Positions 1 to 8,689 of a stretch of 26,748 nucleotides of DNA are shown one piece after another (the stretch's first letter is position 1; the number at the start of each line of letters is the position of its first letter). The stretch is taken from NCBI GenBank assembly GCA_041483195.1, contig JBGPFC010000046.1, forward strand, positions 1-26,748, in the 5' to 3' direction. This DNA comes from Candidatus Eiseniibacteriota bacterium (GTDB lineage: Bacteria; Eisenbacteria; RBG-16-71-46). The notes beneath the pieces are model-generated. The model had not been told where the DNA came from. It worked only from the letters and a program-made list of their open reading frames with translations, and made no database searches. The position numbers and the translations under genes are program-made.

Positions 1-143
1 CGTGGCCCGGGGCGAGGTCGACCGCCGCCGAGGGCGTCGCGGATCCCTTCGCAGGCCGGCCGAAACGACGATCGACGCGCACCACCCAGGATCTCGGATC
101 ATGCGCGCCGACGTTGCGAATACTCGGACAGGCTCCTAGGGCA

Positions 144-1298
144 CTAACGGATCAACACCATGCGTCTCACGACCCAGTGGCCGCGATCGTCGGTGAGCCG
201 GACGAACAGGATGCCCGGTGGAATCTCGGATCCAACCCGGCCCCGTCCGTTCCATTCCACCTCGTGAAATCCCGGGGCGAAGTCGTCATCGGCGAGTCGC
301 GTCACTAGTTTGCCGGCCACGTCCACCAGATCCACACGCACGCGAGCGGCGCTCGGCAGCGTGAAGCTCATCCGGCCGCGTCCGATGACGAACGGGTTGG
401 TCACGGCGAGACGCGGGCCTTCGTCGCGAATCGCAGCGGGAGGCTCGACCGCGACCGGCGCGCACGCGGAATCCGCGGCGCAATCCGAATCCGCACAATC
501 CACGTTGCCATCGCAGTCGTTGTCGAGCCCGTCGCTGCATGCCCCCGGCGCGGTCTCGGTCGCGACGAACGCCGGGCGATAGACGGCACGCATCACCCAG
601 TCGCCGCTCGGCCGGCAGTACGCGGGGAGCTGCGAGAAGCGCGCCCAGCCGCCGTTCGCGGGACAACCGAATGGGCCGCAGTTGACGCCGCGGATCCAGT
701 TGTCCGCCGCATGCGAGAGGCCGCTGGCATCGGTGGTCGGGAACGCATTGCTCGTGGTCGGCGGCGAGTCCGAGCAGGAGTCCGCCGGCGGGGAATTGTG
801 GGCGTCCACGCGGAAGCCGATGCTGAAGGTGTGAGATCCGTCGTCGGCGATGACGACCGGGCTCGACGGATCGATCACCTGGCGCACGACGTGGCCGGTG
901 GTGCCAGGCGGGAGCACGAGATGCGGAATCGAGCCGCCGTTGGAGGAGAATGACGCGAGCAGCGTGCCGGTGGAGGGGAGCCCGCGATAGACGAGCGCCG
1001 TCCATCGGGTCGTCGTCGTGACGGTCGAGCCCTGCGTCATGAACACCAGCTCGAGCGTGTCGAGCCGCAGCGGAAAGGAACCCGCCGTGAGCGGATAGGA
1101 CGCGGCGGCGATCTCGCTCTGCTGGAACCCGGCCTGCGTGACGTAGCTGCCACCGCTGAAGTTCGCGTCGGTGTGGGTGGCGACGAGCGAGGTGCAGGCT
1201 GCCGCCGCGGTCCGCGCCTCCGCGCGTTGTGCGGCGGGCGGTGCGATCCCGATCGCGAGGACGACCATCGGCAACGCGAGAATCTCGGCAGCCTTCAT
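144..1298 (-). CDS. Secreted Cys-containing protein with a DGLDNDCDG putative metal-binding motif and a C-terminal FlgD-Ig-like sorting domain (384 aa)
   Basis: Start moved to ATG 1298 (MKAAEILALPMVVLAIGIAPPAA, signal-peptide-like). CSDGLDNDCDGNVDCADSDC resembles the MopE-like/myxobacterial Cys-rich motif. The C-terminus NPF..MSFTLPSAARVRVDLVDVAGKLVTRL..PGFHEVEWNG..PGILFVRL..RRMVLIR is typical of FlgD-Ig/secretion-sorting domains. Confidence 0.8.
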   Translation of the reverse strand: MKAAEILALPMVVLAIGIAPPAAQRAEARTAAAACTSLVATHTDANFSGGSYVTQAGFQQSEIAAASYPLTAGSFPLRLDTLELVFMTQGSTVTTTTRWTALVYRGLPSTGTLLASFSSNGGSIPHLVLPPGTTGHVVRQVIDPSSPVVIADDGSHTFSIGFRVDAHNSPPADSCSDSPPTTSNAFPTTDASGLSHAADNWIRGVNCGPFGCPANGGWARFSQLPAYCRPSGDWVMRAVYRPAFVATETAPGACSDGLDNDCDGNVDCADSDCAADSACAPVAVEPPAAIRDEGPRLAVTNPFVIGRGRMSFTLPSAARVRVDLVDVAGKLVTRLADDDFAPGFHEVEWNGRGRVGSEIPPGILFVRLTDDRGHWVVRRMVLIR

Positions 1299-1465
1299 TG
1301 GGGCGGCCCCCGGAGCTGTTGGCGGTGGGCGCGCCGCGCCCCGGGAAGCAGCGGATTCCCCGGCCAGCGGCTCGCCATGAGAGTAGCTCGCGGCCTCGAT
1401 GCGAAGACAGCGCGAAATCACGAGCGGGCGACACTTTCGCGCCCCACGGTGTACCCTGTGCGCGC

Positions 1466-1975
1466 ATGCACCGCCCCCGCCTCCGCGCGCTCTACCGCCG
1501 CCATTTCCGCGAGACCCGCCGCGAACGATTGTTCCTCGCCTCGCTCGCCTTTTTCGTCACGTTCGGCACGATCCGCCTCATCGCGCACGCGATCCGCGCC
1601 GGGGTCGGTCCCTTCCACGACATCTTCTCGGGGCAGACGCACATTCATCACTCGGTGTGGGGCATCCTGCTCCTGCTCGTGTCGGGCTATGGCTGGCTGG
1701 TCCAGACCGGCGACGGAGCGGGGCGTCCATCCGCGATCCTCTCGCGCCTGACCGCGGTCCTGTACGGCGCGGGCGCGGCGCTCACGCTGGACGAGTTCGC
1801 GCTGTGGCTGCACCTGAGGGACGTCTACTGGGAACGCGAGGGGCGCGCGAGCGTGGATGCTGTGCTCCTGTTCGGAGCCGTGATCTCGGCGGGATTCTGG
1901 GGCGGACCGTTCCTGCGCGCGATCGGTCGCGAAGCGCGGAGAGTCTGGCGAATTCGCATTCGACTGGGCGGATGA
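1466..1975 (+). CDS. Conserved hypothetical integral membrane protein (about 4 TM; HIHH and DEFALW motifs), 169 aa
   Basis: ATG at 1466 is in frame with track ORF 1229..1975 and avoids overlap with the divergent gene. Four hydrophobic segments, with motifs HIHHSVWG and GAALTLDEFALWL. Confidence 0.8.
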   Translation: MHRPRLRALYRRHFRETRRERLFLASLAFFVTFGTIRLIAHAIRAGVGPFHDIFSGQTHIHHSVWGILLLLVSGYGWLVQTGDGAGRPSAILSRLTAVLYGAGAALTLDEFALWLHLRDVYWEREGRASVDAVLLFGAVISAGFWGGPFLRAIGREARRVWRIRIRLGG

Positions 1976-2015
1976 TCCGCGCATCGGGTCACGCTCGCGG
2001 GCCAGGAGGTGCGAT

Positions 2016-2387
2016 GTGTTCAAGCTGACGATTCCTGTTCTTCATGCCCGCAGCTCGGCCGCGGCAGAAGAGTTCTATTGCGAGCGACTTGGCTTCAGCC
2101 GGCAGTTCGCGCACCGCGCCGACGACGGCCGACCGGACCCCTGCTACATGGGCCTGACCCGCGATGGCGCGTGGCTCCACGTCTCGTCGTTTTCCGGCGA
2201 TGGCGTCTCGGGCGGCGTGGTGTACGTGCTCGTGGAGGATGTGGATGCACTGCACGCGGAGCTTATGGCGAAGGTTGTCCCGATCGATACCGGACCAATC
2301 GATCAGACGTGGGGCAATCGCGAGATGTACGTGAAGGATCCCGACGGCAACAGCATTCGCTTCATCCAGGAGCGATCGAGGCGCTGA
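2016..2387 (+). CDS. VOC/glyoxalase/bleomycin-resistance superfamily protein
   Basis: AGGAGGT RBS at 2004-2010 before the GTG. Motifs AEEFYCERLGF, VEDVDAL and WGNREMYVKDPDGNSIRF. Confidence 0.9.
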   Translation: MFKLTIPVLHARSSAAAEEFYCERLGFSRQFAHRADDGRPDPCYMGLTRDGAWLHVSSFSGDGVSGGVVYVLVEDVDALHAELMAKVVPIDTGPIDQTWGNREMYVKDPDGNSIRFIQERSRR

Positions 2388-2485
2388 CCTGATCGGTCAT
2401 CTTGCCCCTCACCACCGCCGTGTAGCAGACTCCTGCCCATCGCGTTCCGCCTGATCGCCTCACGGTCTCCATCAACGGACCCCCC

Positions 2486-4507
2486 ATGCGCCGCCTCCGT
2501 CCGCTCGTCATCGCATTCCTCGCATTCGCCGCGCTCATCGCCGCCGCCCCCGCCACGCGCGCCGCGCCGCGGCTGCTCCCCGAGCCGCGCCGCGTGACGC
2601 TCGGGAGCGGACGGTTCGCCATTCACGATGGGCTGGTCATCGCGGTCGCCTCCGGCGACGAAGAAGATCGATTCGCGGCGGGCCTGCTCGCGGAGGAGAT
2701 CGCGGCGGCGACCGGAATCCACGCGCAGGTCACCGACGCGAAGTCGGGCGCGATCGTGCTCGATCGCGCGGGCGCGCCCGCCGAGATCGGCGATCAGGGC
2801 TACCGGATCGACGCGCAATCGTCGGGCGTGCGCATCGTCGCGCGCACCGCTGCAGGGATCTTCTACGGGGTGCAGACGCTCTGCCAGATGATCGAGCCCG
2901 ACGGCATTCCGGCGGCGACCATCGTGGACTGGCCCGCTTTGCGCTGGCGGGGCGTGAACGACGACCTGAGCCGCGGGCCGGTGCCGACGCTCGAATCGCT
3001 CGAGCGCCGCGTGCGCACCGCCGCCCAGCTCAAGTTCAACCTGTACGCGCTCTATTTCGAGACGTCGTTCGCGTACAAGAGTCAGCCGCTGCTGGCGCCG
3101 CCGGGCGGCGCGCTCGATGAGCGAGAGGTCCGCGAGCTGGTGGCGTACGCGCGCCGCTACCACGTCGAGCTGCTGCCCGAGCAGCAGACGATCGGACACC
3201 TTCATCAGGTGCTGCGCTACGAGAGCTACTCCGACCTCGCGGAAGTCCCGAACGGGAGCACGCTCGCGCCTCAGGCCAAATCCTCCGCCTTCGTGCGCTC
3301 GATGTACGACGAGCTGGCGCCCATCTTTCCCGGGCCGTTCCTGCACATCGGCGCCGACGAGATCGGCGAGCTGGGACAGGGTCGCTCGCACGATCAAGTC
3401 GAGAAGCTCGGCCAGGTGGAGACGTACCTCGCTCAGCTGCGCGCGCTGCACGATCAGATGAGTTCTTACGGCAAGCAGCTGATCTTCTGGAGCGACATCT
3501 GCCACGACCACCCGGAGATCATCCCGAAGCTCCCGCGCGACCTGATCGCGGCGAGCTGGTGCTACGGGCCGGCGGACGATTACGGCCCGTGGATCAAGCC
3601 GTTCCGCGATGCGGGGCTCGACGTGATCGTGTGCCCCGGCGTCTCGAACTGGAACCGGGTCTTCCCCAACCTCGACATCGCGCTCCCCAACATCCGCGCG
3701 TTCATCCGCGAGGGTCAGCGCGGCACGGCGATCGGCGCGCTCACCTGCGTGTGGTTCGACGACGGCGACGGGTTGTTCGGGATGAACTGGTACGCGCTCG
3801 CGTTCGCGGCCGCCGCCTCGTGGCAGTCCGGCGACTGCGACCCGGCGCGGGTGCGGCAGACGTTCGACTGGGCCTTCTTCCGCAACCCCGGCACCGAGGT
3901 GGCGGATGCGATCGAGCAGATCAACAGCGCGCATCGCATCATCCACGGCATCCGCCCGACGGATGCGAGCACGCAGCTCGCGTGGCTCAACCCGCTGCGC
4001 GGAGCGCCCGAGCGTCAGACCATGCTTCAGATCGAGCCGGCGGCGGTCGCGCTCCGGCTCGCGCAGGAACGGGCGATCGCGCTGATCGGGCAGGCGAGGC
4101 TCCGCGGGCGCCTGCACGCGGAGGTGCTGGATGAGTTCGCATTCGGCGCGCGGCGCCTGCACTACATCGGCCTCAAGGCGATCGTGGCGCGGCGCGTTCC
4201 GGAATTTTACCAGCAGCTCGTGGCGGCGCTGGTCCCGGGCCAGCCGGCGCTCGCCTCGATCCAGAAGCTCGCCCCCATCTTCACGCTGATCGCGGACGCG
4301 CGCGAGGCGGCCGTCGCTTTGCGCGCAGAGCACGAGCGCCTGTGGCTCGTGGAGAACCGCCCCTACTGGTTCGGGAATCTCACCGCGCAGTACGACCGCG
4401 ACATCCAGGTCTGGCTCGACCGCCTCGACGGCTTCCGCTACTGCGAGGCCGCGCTGCGTGCCGGACGCCGTCCGCCCGCTGCGTCCGAGCTGGGCATCGG
4501 CCCGTAG
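2486..4507 (+). CDS. Secreted glycoside hydrolase family 20 (beta-N-acetylhexosaminidase-like)
   Basis: Signal peptide; LLPEPR; QGYRI..GIFYGVQTL..DWPALRWRG..DLSR; ELLPE..GH; catalytic FLHIGADE motif. Confidence 0.92.
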   Translation: MRRLRPLVIAFLAFAALIAAAPATRAAPRLLPEPRRVTLGSGRFAIHDGLVIAVASGDEEDRFAAGLLAEEIAAATGIHAQVTDAKSGAIVLDRAGAPAEIGDQGYRIDAQSSGVRIVARTAAGIFYGVQTLCQMIEPDGIPAATIVDWPALRWRGVNDDLSRGPVPTLESLERRVRTAAQLKFNLYALYFETSFAYKSQPLLAPPGGALDEREVRELVAYARRYHVELLPEQQTIGHLHQVLRYESYSDLAEVPNGSTLAPQAKSSAFVRSMYDELAPIFPGPFLHIGADEIGELGQGRSHDQVEKLGQVETYLAQLRALHDQMSSYGKQLIFWSDICHDHPEIIPKLPRDLIAASWCYGPADDYGPWIKPFRDAGLDVIVCPGVSNWNRVFPNLDIALPNIRAFIREGQRGTAIGALTCVWFDDGDGLFGMNWYALAFAAAASWQSGDCDPARVRQTFDWAFFRNPGTEVADAIEQINSAHRIIHGIRPTDASTQLAWLNPLRGAPERQTMLQIEPAAVALRLAQERAIALIGQARLRGRLHAEVLDEFAFGARRLHYIGLKAIVARRVPEFYQQLVAALVPGQPALASIQKLAPIFTLIADAREAAVALRAEHERLWLVENRPYWFGNLTAQYDRDIQVWLDRLDGFRYCEAALRAGRRPPAASELGIGP

Positions 4508-4531
4508 CGGCGCGATCGTCCCTCCCCCGGA

Positions 4532-4924
4532 TCATCCCCGCGTCTCGAGCGCCCTGCGCAGCTCGCGCACCTCTGCGGCGAGCAGTCCGAGGTCCTGCGT
4601 CAGGCTGCGATTCTGCTCGCGGAGGCTCGAGATCACCGTCGACACGTGGAATTGGAGGATGAGCATCAGCAGGATGGCGATGAGGAACAGGAACGCCGGC
4701 GGGTAGTAGACGCCGACCAGATGCGAGAGCCGCTCCACGGGGCCGATGAACACCGCGGCCAGCGTCATCACGAGCACCGCCATGATCCAGAGCAGCGAGT
4801 ACTGCTCGCGGACCCGCTTGCGCCGGACCATGTTGAGGACGAACAACAGCATCGCGATGCCGACCATCACCACGAACACCTGGGTGCGCGGCTGGATGCC
4901 GGTGTAGGACGGGACAGTCACCAT
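4532..4924 (-). CDS. DUF2304-like small membrane protein (130 aa)
   Basis: GAAGGAG RBS before ATG 4924. VRRKRVREQYSLLW..LSHLVGVYYPP..ISSLREQNRSLTQDLGLL is the DUF2304 pattern, and this family is usually linked to GT2 genes. Confidence 0.85.
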   Translation of the reverse strand: MVTVPSYTGIQPRTQVFVVMVGIAMLLFVLNMVRRKRVREQYSLLWIMAVLVMTLAAVFIGPVERLSHLVGVYYPPAFLFLIAILLMLILQFHVSTVISSLREQNRSLTQDLGLLAAEVRELRRALETRG

Positions 4925-4926
4925 GG

Positions 4927-5814
4927 TCAGTTCTCCTTCGCCGGCGCGAGATGGCCGGAGCGCTCGAGAATCCCCCGCATCGTGTCGAACGAGTAGCGGC
5001 GGAGGATTCGGTCCAGCTTGGGCAGGACCGAATCCAGGCCGGCGTAAGTGATCAGGCCGTCCATCGGGGCGAGACGCACGCGCGGCAGGCGCGGGGCGCA
5101 CTCCCACGGATGGATGTAGAGGTTGAACGGGCGCTCGCTCGCGATGCGGTCGAGCGTCCGGTGGAGCACCCACGACGGTAGCACGCGCAGGTAGAAGCCA
5201 CCCGCGACCGGCAGACGCAGCGGGCCCAGCGCGCCGACCGCGACCGGGAATTCCACAAGGGTCCCGGCGGGATCATGCCGCGCGAGATCTTGGGCCGCGG
5301 GGCGGTAGATGCCGGGCGGCGCGCCGGCCACGCCGTAGAGGCGCACGCGCATCGGGAACACGCTCGAGTCGTAGAGGAAGCCTTCCTCGCGCAGCACCTC
5401 TATCGCCCAGGCGGTCGAGCGGTCCAGGCTGAAGGTGGGCGCGCGGAAGCCCACCACTTGATCGCGCCCGAGCGCGGAGCGCAGCGCGGAACGCGAATCG
5501 CGCAGCTCACGCCGAAAGCCCTCGCGGTCCAGCTTCCAGAGCGGCCGGTGGGTCATGCCGTGGCTGGCGATCTCGTGGCCGTCCGCGGCGATCGTCCGCA
5601 CCAGGTCCGGGAACCTCGCCGCGACCTCTCCCAGCACGAAGAAGGTCGCCCGAACGGCGTGTCGCTTGAGCGCATCGAGGATGACGGCCACGCCCTCGCG
5701 CACGACCGAGCGCGTCTCGTTCGCCGCGATGCGCGGGTGCAGCAGCTCGGGGTGGTACCAGTCCTCGACGTCGAAGGTGATCGCGGCGTGGTGCACGGAG
5801 GATCCGGCGCTCAC
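4927..5814 (-). CDS. Polysaccharide deacetylase (CE4/NodB fold, PEP-CTERM/XrtA-locus type with DUF3473-like C-terminus), 295 aa
   Basis: The GTG start overlaps the upstream stop (GTGA, 5811-5814). Motifs TFDVEDWY, ATFFVLG, HEIASHG, GFRAPTFS, YDSS, GGFYLR and YIHPWE. Confidence 0.9.
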   Translation of the reverse strand: MSAGSSVHHAAITFDVEDWYHPELLHPRIAANETRSVVREGVAVILDALKRHAVRATFFVLGEVAARFPDLVRTIAADGHEIASHGMTHRPLWKLDREGFRRELRDSRSALRSALGRDQVVGFRAPTFSLDRSTAWAIEVLREEGFLYDSSVFPMRVRLYGVAGAPPGIYRPAAQDLARHDPAGTLVEFPVAVGALGPLRLPVAGGFYLRVLPSWVLHRTLDRIASERPFNLYIHPWECAPRLPRVRLAPMDGLITYAGLDSVLPKLDRILRRYSFDTMRGILERSGHLAPAKEN

Positions 5815-6578
5815 ACGCGCAGGCGCTTCTGGCGCAGCAGCACCATGAGAATGGAGAGGAACATCTTGACCACGTAATAGAAGGCCTTGAGGTTCGAGTG
5901 CATGGAGGTCCCGGCGGTGCGCGCCTCCATGGTCACCGGCACCTCGCACACTCGAAAGCCCGCGAGCGCGAGCAGGATGATGGTGTCGGCGTCCGGAAAA
6001 TCCGACGGGTAGTTGTCGTGGGCGAGGAATTCGAACACGCGGCGATCGAGCGCCTGGTAGCCAGAGGTCGGATCGGAGAACCGTTGCCGCGTCACGAACG
6101 AGGCGATGCTCGCGAACACGCCCATGCCCAGCCGGCGCAGCCCGGGGATGCGGTACTTCGCCTGCCCCAGGAATCGCGAGCCGATTGCCACGTCCGCCTC
6201 GCGGCGGAGCACGGGCGCGAGCAGGTCGCGGGCGGAACCCGGATCGTGCTGACCGTCGGCATCCATCTGCAGCACGACGTCGTAGCCGCGGGCGAGCGCG
6301 TACTTGAAGCCGGTCTGGATCGCGCCCCCGTATCCGAGATTGCATGGCAGCTCGACCACCCGGGCGCCGTGCTCGATGGCCACCTGGCTGGTGCGATCGG
6401 AGGAGTGGTCGTTGATGACCAGCACATCCACCTGCGGCAGCTCCTCGCGCACGCGCGCGAGCGTCCTGCCGATGCTCGCCTCTTCGTCGTGCGCCGGCAT
6501 TACCACGAGCAGCCGCGCCTCCCGCGCCGGAGCGGCTGGGGACGGAGGTCGCCGCGGGTCGGGGACGTTCGTGCTCAT
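5811..6578 (-). CDS. Glycosyltransferase family 2, DPM1/polyprenol-phosphate sugar synthase-like (255 aa)
   Basis: ATGA overlap with the upstream stop at 6575-6578. Motifs VVMPAHDEE, INDHSSDRT, NLGYGGA, QMDADGQHDP, IGSRF and DPTSGY. Confidence 0.92.
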   Translation of the reverse strand: MSTNVPDPRRPPSPAAPAREARLLVVMPAHDEEASIGRTLARVREELPQVDVLVINDHSSDRTSQVAIEHGARVVELPCNLGYGGAIQTGFKYALARGYDVVLQMDADGQHDPGSARDLLAPVLRREADVAIGSRFLGQAKYRIPGLRRLGMGVFASIASFVTRQRFSDPTSGYQALDRRVFEFLAHDNYPSDFPDADTIILLALAGFRVCEVPVTMEARTAGTSMHSNLKAFYYVVKMFLSILMVLLRQKRLRV

Positions 6579-8689
6579 GAGTGTCGCGCTCCGGGTGTCG
6601 GGGTGGAGGGCACCATGATCGGCCTCACATGATAGACGACGAATCCGTCGCGGTCGTACACGCGAGTGAACAGATCCGGCCGGGCATCGAGGCGCGGACC
6701 GGGCGGGCCGGCGGGGCCGCCGTCGTCGGCCCGCAGCAGCACGTAGGCGGGTCGGCCGAGACCGGCCATCAGGGACACGTCGCGGTCGAGCGAGTCCGCC
6801 GTGCCGTAGAGATCGGCCATCACGGCGCGCCGCTCCAGCACCTGGTCGAGCGGGAACGCCGCCAGCTCCGGGCCCCGGGCGCTGCCCAGCAGCAGCTGGC
6901 GCCGCCCTTTCACCATGATCAGGCTGCGGAAATTGTTGTCGACGAACACCGCCTGCTTCTGGGTTTCGCCTCGCATCCAGGCGTAGAGCGCTTCTTCGCC
7001 ACGCGCCGGATGGGTCTCGGCCGCGGTCGCACCCGACCGGTCGAGCAGGTAACCGCGGATCGTGAGCACGGGCGTGCCGGCCAGGACGATCGCGCCGATC
7101 GCGACGGCACCGGCGCGGCCGAAACGCCGGTTCCACGACGCGATCTCCTCGTGGAACCCCGCCCCGCCGAGCACCGCGAGGCCCGCGAGTGCCTCGAAGA
7201 TGAACTTCACGTGGCTCGCGATCGGGAGCGTGACGACGCTCGAGAACAACAGCATGCACGCCACGTAGAGCGCGATCACGGCAGCCGTGCCGCGCCGCTC
7301 CGTGGCCAGCCTGCGGAGCGGACGGCGGGCGAACCACGCCGCGACGAAGAGCGAGGTCGCGAGGGTGAAGAGCTGGACCGGGTCCACCTTCAGATAGGTG
7401 TAGTGCAGGCCCGACTTCGACGCCGGCCACGCCTTCGAGATGGCGATGGTGTAGGGCGCCGCGAGCAGCGCGCCGGCGATCGTCGCGCCCGCGAAAGCCA
7501 CGATGCGCCCGCGCGCAGGCAACCAGGTCCAGCGCCCCGCGAGGATCCAGGCGAGCCCGAGCGCGCCGAGCGTCACCGGGATCACCGAGAGCCCCACCAC
7601 GCCGTGGAAGAAGAGCATCCCGCTGGCCGCCGCCGCGCCCCATACGAGCGGCGCACCGCGCTCCTCCCCGAACATCCTGACCATGGCCCAGAGATACACC
7701 AGCATCATCACGTAGGCGACGTTGATGGCCGTGCCGTGCAGCAGCTTGTCGAGGAAGCTCACCATGTAGGTGCCGAGGACGCCGAGATCGTAGATGACCT
7801 CCGCGGAGTTCCAGTGCGCGACCGCGAGCTGTCTCGAGATCTCCTCGGCGCCTCGGACGTAACCCGTCAGACCCTTCCCCAGCCGCACGGGCCACAGGAT
7901 CCACATCGCGGCGTTCATGCCGAGCGCCATGAGCATGGCGGAGCCGGCGGCGGCGCGGGGCGTCTTCCAGAGCTGGCGTCCGATCAGCCACGCGAGCCCC
8001 ATGGTGGCGAACATGCTCGCCGTGTTCGAGATCGCCATCAGCGCAAACGGGTCTCCCCCGCGCAGCGTGGCGATCAACGCGATGAAGTAGTTGTAGAACC
8101 AGACGTAGTTGAGGGTCAGGCCGGCGAAGCGTGGGTCCTGAGGCGGGATCCCGCGCTCGATGATCTCCCAGATGATCCCGGCGTGGACCCAGGCGTCGCC
8201 ACGAATGCGCAGGTAGGGGTTGACGAACATAACTACCGCCACCACCGCGGCCGCGCCGATCGACCAGCACCATGCGAACCGCAGTCCCTCGCGGGTCTCC
8301 CCCGCTGAACCGTCGCGTCGCGCCTCGCGCAGCTCGGCCAGCACCCACAGCGCGAGGCCCGCCACGGCTACGATCCGCGCCGCCGCGGGCAGCGTCAGGC
8401 CGGCGCTCATCAGCGCCCAGGCCGCCGCCGTGACGACGAGTGGAGAGAGCGCGAGTCCCAGCGTCCAGCGCGCGAAGGCCCCGCGCTCGAGCGGCAACAT
8501 CGTGGCCAGCGCGACTCCGGGGAATACGCCGAGCATTGGGAAGAGCCCCCAATCCCCGATCACGCCCGGCATGAACCAGCCGGCCGCGACCAAGGCCGCG
8601 AGCGCCGGTACGACGATGGGAAAGCGGTTCGACCCGCCCACGCGCCGCCCCTGTCCCGCGGCCGATGCGGAAGGCGGGCCGGGGCTCAC
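6575..8689 (-). CDS. Large polytopic membrane protein, probable GT-C-fold glycosyltransferase (704 aa)
   Basis: The GTG start overlaps the upstream stop (GTGA, 8686-8689). More than 12 hydrophobic segments, an acidic loop motif GDAWVH..IPPQDPRFAGLTLNYVWFY, and a soluble C-terminal domain. The GT-C assignment is inference. Confidence 0.7.
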   Translation of the reverse strand: MSPGPPSASAAGQGRRVGGSNRFPIVVPALAALVAAGWFMPGVIGDWGLFPMLGVFPGVALATMLPLERGAFARWTLGLALSPLVVTAAAWALMSAGLTLPAAARIVAVAGLALWVLAELREARRDGSAGETREGLRFAWCWSIGAAAVVAVVMFVNPYLRIRGDAWVHAGIIWEIIERGIPPQDPRFAGLTLNYVWFYNYFIALIATLRGGDPFALMAISNTASMFATMGLAWLIGRQLWKTPRAAAGSAMLMALGMNAAMWILWPVRLGKGLTGYVRGAEEISRQLAVAHWNSAEVIYDLGVLGTYMVSFLDKLLHGTAINVAYVMMLVYLWAMVRMFGEERGAPLVWGAAAASGMLFFHGVVGLSVIPVTLGALGLAWILAGRWTWLPARGRIVAFAGATIAGALLAAPYTIAISKAWPASKSGLHYTYLKVDPVQLFTLATSLFVAAWFARRPLRRLATERRGTAAVIALYVACMLLFSSVVTLPIASHVKFIFEALAGLAVLGGAGFHEEIASWNRRFGRAGAVAIGAIVLAGTPVLTIRGYLLDRSGATAAETHPARGEEALYAWMRGETQKQAVFVDNNFRSLIMVKGRRQLLLGSARGPELAAFPLDQVLERRAVMADLYGTADSLDRDVSLMAGLGRPAYVLLRADDGGPAGPPGPRLDARPDLFTRVYDRDGFVVYHVRPIMVPSTPTPGARHS

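Noticed and set aside
1335..1365. GGAAGCAGC resembling SRP RNA domain IV
   Set aside because: The upstream CAGG..GNRA tetraloop half and the long enclosing helix are missing.
2303..4333. Long antisense or alternate-frame ORFs (also 6581..8308, 11829..14216, 21778..23448, 23130..25424, 23482..25095, 25419..26699)
   Set aside because: Shadow ORFs of real genes in high-GC DNA. They are Arg/Ala/Pro-rich and carry no recognisable motifs.
5811..8552. 913-aa ORF suggesting a large GT2 fusion
   Set aside because: Only the last 255 aa are GT2. The rest is an off-frame overlap with the membrane protein gene, and the ATGA coupling at 6575-6578 defines the real start.
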